This document shows positions 57,413 to 64,000 of a DNA stretch of 64,000 nt, in pieces; position 1 is the first letter of the stretch; every line of letters begins with the position of its first letter. The stretch lies in assembly GCA_039588275.1 (NCBI GenBank), contig JBDHAC010000001.1, forward strand, positions 54,836 to 118,835. The letters are read 5' to 3'. A model generated the notes under the pieces. That model saw only the letters and a list, made by a program, of their open reading frames with translations, made no database searches and had not been told where the DNA came from. The position numbers were made by a program, and so were the translations under genes. The stretch is from Gemmatimonadota bacterium. Lineage in GTDB: Bacteria > Gemmatimonadota > Gemmatimonadetes > Palauibacterales > Palauibacteraceae.

Positions 57413-58759
57413 TCACCGCACGCCCCCCACCGGGACATCCCCCGTCGCGCCCGCGTCGACCGACTCGCTCTCCACGACCGGGCTGTCTTCGCCGTCCAGA
57501 TCGACCTGGTCGAGCGCGTACGAGAGGTCCGCGATCAGGTCGTCGGGGTGCTCGATGCCTACCGACAAACGTATGAGCCGTGGGGTGATGCCGATCGCCT
57601 CCTGCTCCTCCAGCGGCACGTCGGAATGCGTCATCGTCGACGGGTGTTCGACCAACGACTCGGTGCCGCCGAGGCTGACCGCCAACTTGATCAGACCGAC
57701 GGAGTTGAGGAACTGGAAGGCCTCCCGCTCGCCTCCGCCCGCCAGCTCGAACGCCATGATCGCGCCCGGCCCCGCGCATTGACGTTCGTAAATTCCGCGT
57801 TGTGCATCCGATCTCGGGAGCCCGGGGAAGTAAACGTTGCCGACACTGGGGTGCCGGACCAGCCAGTCCGCGACGCGCTCCGCGTTCTTGCGGGCGCATG
57901 TGATTCGCAACTTGGCAGTCTCCAGGGAGCGCATGAGCAGCCACGCGGAGTGCGGGTCCAGCATAGAGCCGAGGACCGTGCGGTAGAACTTGACCCGGTC
58001 GATGATCTCTTCGGACCCGAGCGCGACTCCGGCCAACAAATCGCTGTGCCCGCCCAGATACTTGGTCGCGGAGTACAGGACCAGATCGGCACCGTGACGG
58101 AGCGGCTGTTGATAGAGCGGTCCCAGGAACGTGTTGTCCACCGCGCACAGGGCTTCGTGACGTTTAGCGATATCCGCCGCCGCGGCGATGTCGGTCATCG
58201 TCATGGTGGGGTTGGCGGGCGTCTCGAGGAAGACCATGCGGACCGGTGTCCCCGCCTCGTCGAGCTCGCTGCACACCCGCTCGATCTCGGATGCGTCGGA
58301 GCCGGCCGGGAACTCGCACGTCGGGATGCCCAGCTGGGGCAGGAGGTGCTCGAACAGATAGTCGGTGCCGCCGTACACCGGGCGCGAGAAGGCGAGCGAT
58401 GTCCCGACCGGGACGAGTGACAGGATCGAAGTCGAGATCGCGGCCATCCCGGATGCGAAGACGGCGCTCGCTTCGGCCTCGTCCCACAGGTTGAGCCGGT
58501 GCTCGAGGATGTCCAGGTCGGGGTTGTTCAGGCGGCTGTAGATCAGGCCCATGGGGATCGAAGGATCCCGTTCCTCGAGCCCGTAGGCCCAGGCGAAGAA
58601 CTCTTTTCCGGCTTCGGCGCTCGGGAAGGTGAACGTGGAGGTCTGAAAGACCGGCGGCTTGATCGCGCCCTCCGACCACTCGGGCACGTAACCGTAGCTC
58701 ATCATCAGGGATTCGGGGCGCATGCCCTCTTTCTTGGGCGGCGGCCTACGCTTCTTCAT
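57413..58759 (-). CDS. PLP-dependent methionine gamma-lyase/cystathionine gamma-synthase family
   Basis: YSRLNNP, ASGMAAI, ETPANP, DNTF, SATKYLGGHSD, VSLGGTESL, RLSVGIE. Confidence 0.93.
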   Translation of the reverse strand: MKKRRPPPKKEGMRPESLMMSYGYVPEWSEGAIKPPVFQTSTFTFPSAEAGKEFFAWAYGLEERDPSIPMGLIYSRLNNPDLDILEHRLNLWDEAEASAVFASGMAAISTSILSLVPVGTSLAFSRPVYGGTDYLFEHLLPQLGIPTCEFPAGSDASEIERVCSELDEAGTPVRMVFLETPANPTMTMTDIAAAADIAKRHEALCAVDNTFLGPLYQQPLRHGADLVLYSATKYLGGHSDLLAGVALGSEEIIDRVKFYRTVLGSMLDPHSAWLLMRSLETAKLRITCARKNAERVADWLVRHPSVGNVYFPGLPRSDAQRGIYERQCAGPGAIMAFELAGGGEREAFQFLNSVGLIKLAVSLGGTESLVEHPSTMTHSDVPLEEQEAIGITPRLIRLSVGIEHPDDLIADLSYALDQVDLDGEDSPVVESESVDAGATGDVPVGGVR

Positions 58760-58903
58760 TTCTCGACACTCGTGGCGTCTGGGGAGGTTATGGGCAGTCG
58801 ATGCTGCCCTCATCTTGACCCCGGCCCCGGCCCGACGCCAGAGCCGCCGGCTACGCCCCGAACCCCCCGGCTCGGGACCCGGCCGCAGGTTCGCGGTCGC
58901 TCG

Positions 58904-60475
58904 CTAGGGCAGATCGGGGAAGCCGGCAGGCGGTCGCCGGGCCCTCGTGGCCCGCTCGTATGCGTACGCGTACCGGATCAGGTCCGGCTCGCTGAACAGC
59001 CTGCCGACGAAGGTGATCCCGGTCGGCAGGCCCTCGTCCGTGTACCCGGTGGGGACGGTGATCGCCGGGAAGCCGGTCTGGGGTGACAGAAGCTGGCTGT
59101 TGTCGCCCGGGGGACTCTCGAGGTCGCCCACGAGGCGCGGTGGATTGCTCCACGTCGGATACACGATCGCGTCGATTTCATCTCGCTCCATGGCCGCGAG
59201 GACCGCCTCGCGAAACGCGATGTTGCGATCCGTGCTGTACAGGTCCAGACACGGCGGGTCGCGCTCCGCCGGAGACGCCTCGACCGTCAAGGCACGCTCG
59301 AGTCGACGCTCGATGTAAGGGGCGTAGAACCCCGACGCGACGACCTCCTCGAGGGTCCTGTACGGCGCGGCCTCGCCGAGCGACGCCAGATACTCGTTCA
59401 CGTCGTGGCGGAACACGTCGCACCAGATCCCGTCGGTGAGCGTTTCGAAGTCCGCAACCTCGAACGGATCGACGATCTCGGCGCCCTGCGCCTCCAGGTC
59501 GCCCAGCGCGGCCTCGGTCAACGCCCGGACCTCGGCGTCCCCTGTCGGCGCGTCGAGGTACCTGCGGAACATCCCCAATCGAGCGCCTTCGAGCCCGTTC
59601 GGGTCCAGAGACTCCATGTAGCTCGCGGGCATGCGGCCTTCGGAGCGCTGCGTGATCGGATCGGCCGAATCGTGCCCGGCGATGACTTCGAGCACGCGAA
59701 CCGCGTCCTCGACCGTCCTCGCCATCGGTCCGCCGATGTCGTTCCGCAGATAGAGCGGGATGATCCCATCTCGACTGGTGAGCCCCATCGTGGACCGGAT
59801 CCCCACGAGCGCGTTGTGCGAGGAGGGTCCGCGGATGGAGTTGCCCGTGTCCGTGCCCAGCCCCACGACGCCGAGGTTGGCGGCGACCGCCGCCGCGGTA
59901 CCCCCGCTCGAACCCGCGGGGACACGATCGAGGTCGTACGGGTTGCGGGTCACCCCCGCGATCGAGCTCTCGGTCACGTAGGGACTGAAAGCCCATTCGG
60001 CCATGTTCGATTTCGCGAGAACGATGGCCCCGGCCTCGCGGATCATTCGGACCTGATATGCGTCGTCGGGAGGGATCGACCCTTCGAGGGCCAGCGACCC
60101 GCCGGTCGTCTGGAGTCCCTCCGTATCGTAGTTGTCCTTCACGATGACCGGGATGCCGTGCAAGGGCCGCAGGCGACCCGTGCGCCGAAACTCCTCGTCG
60201 AGTGCTTGGGCCTCGGCAACGGCGTTCGGGTTGAGGATCACGATCGAGTTGAGGCCGGTCGGCTGGTCGTAAGCCTCGATGCGCTCGAGGTAGCGCTCCA
60301 CGAGCGTCCGGCTCGTGAGCTCGCCCGCCTGAAACGCTCGGTGGATCTCCGCGATGGTGGTCTCGACCACGGCGAAGGCATGGCCGGAGGGGGCCGGCTG
60401 ACGGCATCCACTCAGCAGCACGACCCCGAGACAGGACAGGAGCAGCCGGCCGTGCAGCTTGCGCATGACGCTCAT
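58904..60475 (-). CDS. Amidase signature family lipoprotein
   Basis: LSGC lipobox; [29 protein letters not shown]. Confidence 0.94.
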   Translation of the reverse strand: MSVMRKLHGRLLLSCLGVVLLSGCRQPAPSGHAFAVVETTIAEIHRAFQAGELTSRTLVERYLERIEAYDQPTGLNSIVILNPNAVAEAQALDEEFRRTGRLRPLHGIPVIVKDNYDTEGLQTTGGSLALEGSIPPDDAYQVRMIREAGAIVLAKSNMAEWAFSPYVTESSIAGVTRNPYDLDRVPAGSSGGTAAAVAANLGVVGLGTDTGNSIRGPSSHNALVGIRSTMGLTSRDGIIPLYLRNDIGGPMARTVEDAVRVLEVIAGHDSADPITQRSEGRMPASYMESLDPNGLEGARLGMFRRYLDAPTGDAEVRALTEAALGDLEAQGAEIVDPFEVADFETLTDGIWCDVFRHDVNEYLASLGEAAPYRTLEEVVASGFYAPYIERRLERALTVEASPAERDPPCLDLYSTDRNIAFREAVLAAMERDEIDAIVYPTWSNPPRLVGDLESPPGDNSQLLSPQTGFPAITVPTGYTDEGLPTGITFVGRLFSEPDLIRYAYAYERATRARRPPAGFPDLP

Positions 60476-60783
60476 GAATCACCGCCCATCAAAGGCTCAC
60501 CGGGCCTCGATCCAGCCATGAGCGGGTCGTCCGTATCGTCCGGGGCCGGCGGGTCACCGGACTCGTCCTGGCTACGCTCCTCTTTGACCTTGATCTCCTG
60601 GATTTGCTCGATACCGGGGTCGAATACCGAATGCAGCTCCAGCATGTGGTACAAGGAGCCCCTACCCCGCCCCTTGGTGCGCCGGTAGAAGACCCAGCCT
60701 CGCTTCTCCACCCAGAGAAGGAGTCGATCCAGGATCGCCGCCAGGGCGAAGATCGCGATTCCCCAGACGAGCAGCTTTGGCAT
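60472..60783 (-). CDS. Small hypothetical membrane-anchored protein
   Basis: AAGGAG RBS; N-terminal TM, DRLLLW.E.RGW.FYRR, acidic tail; ATGA overlap with the amidase. Confidence 0.75.
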   Translation of the reverse strand: MPKLLVWGIAIFALAAILDRLLLWVEKRGWVFYRRTKGRGRGSLYHMLELHSVFDPGIEQIQEIKVKEERSQDESGDPPAPDDTDDPLMAGSRPGEPLMGGDS

Positions 60784-60979
60784 CCGAATACGACTCCTTG
60801 GCGGGGGCGGAGGCTCGAGCTCCACTCCAACTACTACGCCGTTGACCACCGGAAAGGTTACACGAGCGTGACCGGCTCTTTACAGGCTCCGAGCTTCCGG
60901 GGGGTGGCCTCGACCAGTAGAATCGCTCGCGTGAGACTCGACCGTCGGTAGGGACCCACGGACGGCTTCAGGGCACCGA

Positions 60980-61447
60980 ATGCAAACGAGCGGTCCGGAT
61001 TCGATGAAATCAGACGGCGGGATGAGCGGCGGTCCGGGGGGCGGGACGATGCTGCGCAGCGTCGCCGCCGTCGCGGCGGGGTTCGCCCTGCTCGCGATCG
61101 GGGTGATGATCGCCACGCGGATCGCGGTCGCGTTGATGCTCCCGGCGCCCGATGCCGGGCCCACGCCCGCCTACCTGGTGGTCAACCTCGCGTACAGCGC
61201 GGGCCTCGCGGTGGTGGCGGGCTATGTGACCGCCAAAGCCGCTCCGAGCGCGCCGCGAGGGCACGCCCTGGCGCTGGCTGGGGTGCTGCTCGTCCTGGGG
61301 GTGGCGGGCGTGGTTGGCACGGCCGCAGCCGGCGCGACCCCGCCGGGTCAGCCGAGCTGGTACCCCTATGTCATGCTGGCGCTGGGTCCGGCCGGCGCGA
61401 TCCTTGGCGGGTCGTTGGGCGCGGCCTCGGCCGCCCGGAGGGCGTGA
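60980..61447 (+). CDS. Hypothetical 4-TM membrane protein
   Basis: Hydrophobic segments, QPSWY; true start may be downstream (e.g. 61049). Confidence 0.7.
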   Translation: MQTSGPDSMKSDGGMSGGPGGGTMLRSVAAVAAGFALLAIGVMIATRIAVALMLPAPDAGPTPAYLVVNLAYSAGLAVVAGYVTAKAAPSAPRGHALALAGVLLVLGVAGVVGTAAAGATPPGQPSWYPYVMLALGPAGAILGGSLGAASAARRA

Positions 61448-61490
61448 CGCCCAGGCGTCGGAGGGACGCCACGGGGTGGGTCCTGAGCGG

Positions 61491-61790
61491 CTACGAGGTC
61501 AGGACGACTCGGACCGCGAACCAGATGACGGGCAGCGCCGCGAGCACGGTCGCCAGGGTCGTCGCGAGGTCGACGCCGTCTCGCCGCAAAGCCCCAAGAC
61601 ACAAGGCCAGGCCCACGACGGCCATCGCCGCGCTCAAGCCGATGGGGAGAAGCAGCAGGGGGGCGGCGGCCCAGGCGCCCCAGCCCTCGTAGCGACCGAG
61701 GTAGATCCAGGTGCCGACGCACGTCGCGAGCGGCACCCAAGAGAGCCGTCGGAAGATGCGCGCCGCAGTCCCTTCCCCACTCACGGGCAC
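61491..61790 (-). CDS. Small hypothetical membrane protein
   Basis: Three hydrophobic segments; directly abuts the M24 stop codon. Confidence 0.6.
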   Translation of the reverse strand: MPVSGEGTAARIFRRLSWVPLATCVGTWIYLGRYEGWGAWAAAPLLLLPIGLSAAMAVVGLALCLGALRRDGVDLATTLATVLAALPVIWFAVRVVLTS

Positions 61791-63122
61791 TCAGGCGCCG
61801 AACGGATCTTCGAGCGATGGACTCTGGGGAGTGAACAGCCGCGCTCCGTCCTCGGTGATGACCATATCGTCCTCGAGCCGCACGCCGAACTCGCCCGGGA
61901 TGTAGATGCCGGGCTCATCGCTGAACGTCATCCCCGGCTCCAAGGGGAGGGTGTTCCCTTTGACGAGATAGGGCCACTCGTGCCCGTCCATCCCGATTCC
62001 GTGACCCACCCGGTGGGTGAAGTACGCATAGCCGGGGCCGAACCCGGCCTCCTCGATCACTCTGCGGGCCGCCGCGTCGACCGCCTGGCACTCGACACCG
62101 GGCCCCGCCGCCGCGAGCGCCGCATCCTGCGCTCGGCGCTCGATCTCGAACACCCGTGTCATCTTCTCCGTGGGGGTCCCGAGTACGAACGTCCGGCTGA
62201 TGTCCGACCGGTACCCCTCGACGGAGCAGCCACCGTCGATCAGGAGGATCGTGCCCTCGCGAACCACCTGCGGAGTGACCGAACCATGCGGGAGGGCGGA
62301 GAACTCACCCGTCTGTACGCCCGCGCCGCCGGAGAAGCCCAAGCGCTCGTGCGCGAGCGACACGAGCCGGGCGAAGTCCCGTTGTGTCATCCCCTCTTCG
62401 AGCGCCAGGTAGGCGGCTTCGTATGCCTTGAGCGTGACCTCGCTCGCGATGCCCATCAGCTCGAGCTCGTGCTCGTCCTTCACGCCCCGACACCCGGCCG
62501 TGACGGGCGTGCCGCTGGTCAGCTCGAGCGCGGGGGCCGCCTGCGCGACGCCATCGCTGAACACGAACTTCACCGTCTCCTCGACCCCGAGCCGGCCAGA
62601 GGCGATCCCGAGATCGCGCACTCCCGACGCGACGAGCGCATATGGGCTGTCATCCTCCTGCCACGTCAGGACGGGCGTATCGGCGTCGAACGGTCCGAGC
62701 GCGAGCTGCTCGCGCGCCCGATCCTCCTCGAAGGCGGGCGTCACGACGAACGGCACCCCGGACGCCGGCACGACGAGCGCGAACAGCCGCTCGCCGCCCC
62801 CCCAGCTGATGTTCGAGAAGTAGCGCAGCGATGTGCCCCCCGTCAGAAGGAGCGCGTCGATTCCGCCCTCGCGCATCAGCCGGCGGGCCTTCTCGATCCG
62901 CGCGGCCCTCTCCTCTACGCTGATCGGCGTGGGCCGGTCGGCCATGGACTCCAGGCGGGCGATCGAGGGTGGGACTTCCTGGTCGGGCGGGGTCTCTTGC
63001 CGCCAGTGCTCCGTCTCGACCGCTGTGAGCGGTCTCGGCAGGATGGATTGGGCCGTCGCCCCGGCGATCGTGGCTGCGGAGGCTCCGAAGAAGGCGCGGC
63101 GCGTGACGTGGCGTTCCGGCAT
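61791..63122 (-). CDS. Xaa-Pro peptidase (M24B), Tat-exported
   Basis: TRRAFF Tat motif; PHG, DGG....GYRSDISRT, HRVGHGIG...HE, EPGIY, GVRLEDD. Confidence 0.94.
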   Translation of the reverse strand: MPERHVTRRAFFGASAATIAGATAQSILPRPLTAVETEHWRQETPPDQEVPPSIARLESMADRPTPISVEERAARIEKARRLMREGGIDALLLTGGTSLRYFSNISWGGGERLFALVVPASGVPFVVTPAFEEDRAREQLALGPFDADTPVLTWQEDDSPYALVASGVRDLGIASGRLGVEETVKFVFSDGVAQAAPALELTSGTPVTAGCRGVKDEHELELMGIASEVTLKAYEAAYLALEEGMTQRDFARLVSLAHERLGFSGGAGVQTGEFSALPHGSVTPQVVREGTILLIDGGCSVEGYRSDISRTFVLGTPTEKMTRVFEIERRAQDAALAAAGPGVECQAVDAAARRVIEEAGFGPGYAYFTHRVGHGIGMDGHEWPYLVKGNTLPLEPGMTFSDEPGIYIPGEFGVRLEDDMVITEDGARLFTPQSPSLEDPFGA

Positions 63123-63295
63123 GTCTTGGCTCCCCGTAATGATGTCGTGTGGGAATGATGTCCTCGTGTTGCCCGCGGACGAGCGGTGCGGGAAACTGAG
63201 GGGAGAGACGCTTCGGGGTCCAGTCCGATCGCCACACGGGGGCGAGCGGGCAACCGAGCGTGTGGAGCCACGGTCATGAGCACAACGCCCCAAGC

Positions 63296-64000
63296 ATGAG
63301 ACGCCGCGCCACGAAACCTCTCCGGGTCAGCCGGACCCAGCGGTTCTACCACGAGGTGCTCGGGCTGGAGCACCTCCAGTACGGATTATGGGACGGCGAG
63401 CCTCGAACGCTGGAGGGGCTACGGACCGCCCAGGCCAGATACGCCGAGTACCTGCACAGCTGGATTCCCCCCGGTGTGCGGACCGTACTCGATGTGGGGT
63501 GCGGGACGGGTGCGGCCGCCGCGCTCCTGAAGGGGCGTGGCTACGAGATCGAGGGATTGTCTCCGGATCCGCACCAGGGAGACCTCTTCGCGCAGCGCGT
63601 CGGGCGTCCGTTCCATCTTTCGCGCTTCCAGGATTTCGAGCCGCCGCACGCGTACGACCTCGCGGTCATGAGCGAATCGGCGCAGTACGTTCACCTGTCC
63701 GGCCTCTTCCCGGCCGTCCGTCGCGTGAGCCCTGACGGCTACCTTCTCGTCTCCGACTACTTCGTGGTCGAGGAGGACGACAGCCCACTGGCCAGAAGCG
63801 GCCACCCCCTCGAGGCTTTCCTGCGGGAGGCGGAGAGCCACGATCTGACGATCGAGCGCGAGGAGGACATTACCGAGCGGGTCCTACCCACTCTCGATGT
63901 GGCGCGCGACTTCCTTCAGAACCGACTGGACCCGGCCCTGGACATCTTCGCCGACTCGCTGCGGGCGAAGCGCCCGTATCTTCATCGGATCGTGCGTTGG
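63296..64000 (+). CDS. Class I SAM-dependent methyltransferase (3' end outside window)
   Basis: Manual translation: ...FYHEVLGLEHLQYGLW...VLDVGCGTG...MSESAQY; runs off the window edge. Confidence 0.85.
   Translation, partial: MRRRATKPLRVSRTQRFYHEVLGLEHLQYGLWDGEPRTLEGLRTAQARYAEYLHSWIPPGVRTVLDVGCGTGAAAALLKGRGYEIEGLSPDPHQGDLFAQRVGRPFHLSRFQDFEPPHAYDLAVMSESAQYVHLSGLFPAVRRVSPDGYLLVSDYFVVEEDDSPLARSGHPLEAFLREAESHDLTIEREEDITERVLPTLDVARDFLQNRLDPALDIFADSLRAKRPYLHRIVRW

Overview
High-GC bacterial chromosomal segment with about 63 densely packed protein-coding genes. The gene style (many lipoproteins, 6-bladed beta-propeller paralogs, ECF/anti-sigma/DUF4097 cassette, kinase-type N-terminus) suggests a Gemmatimonadota-like genome; this is inference only. 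I saw no rRNA, tRNA, CRISPR array, transposase or integrase. Content is mostly peptide/amino-acid scavenging (M16 pair, S8, oligopeptidase B, M24, amidase, DUF885, DAACS symporter), central metabolism (2-oxoacid oxidoreductase gamma subunit plus GltD-like flavoprotein, LeuB, PckA, PPK2, RNase PH) and stress/repair (MsrA, ATL, RidA, orphan GroES). The most notable observations are: (1) a secreted beta-propeller ending in a dockerin-like Ca-binding motif, translationally coupled to a small cohesin-like beta-sandwich lipoprotein, which is a candidate surface-anchoring pair; (2) two paralogous ECF/anti-sigma cassettes and a putative target gene sharing a TAAACC-N16 promoter motif; (3) two distant tandem arrays with different periods that share a 14-nt core; (4) an S8 lipoprotein next to a PrcB-family lipoprotein; (5) a decapitated Ser/Thr kinase remnant fused antisense into a cyclophilin; (6) interleaved divergent sigma-54-like promoters; (7) an exact Illumina P5 adapter inside a dioxygenase gene, an assembly artifact that creates a false pseudogene. 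Family assignments come from motif recognition only; no searches were run.
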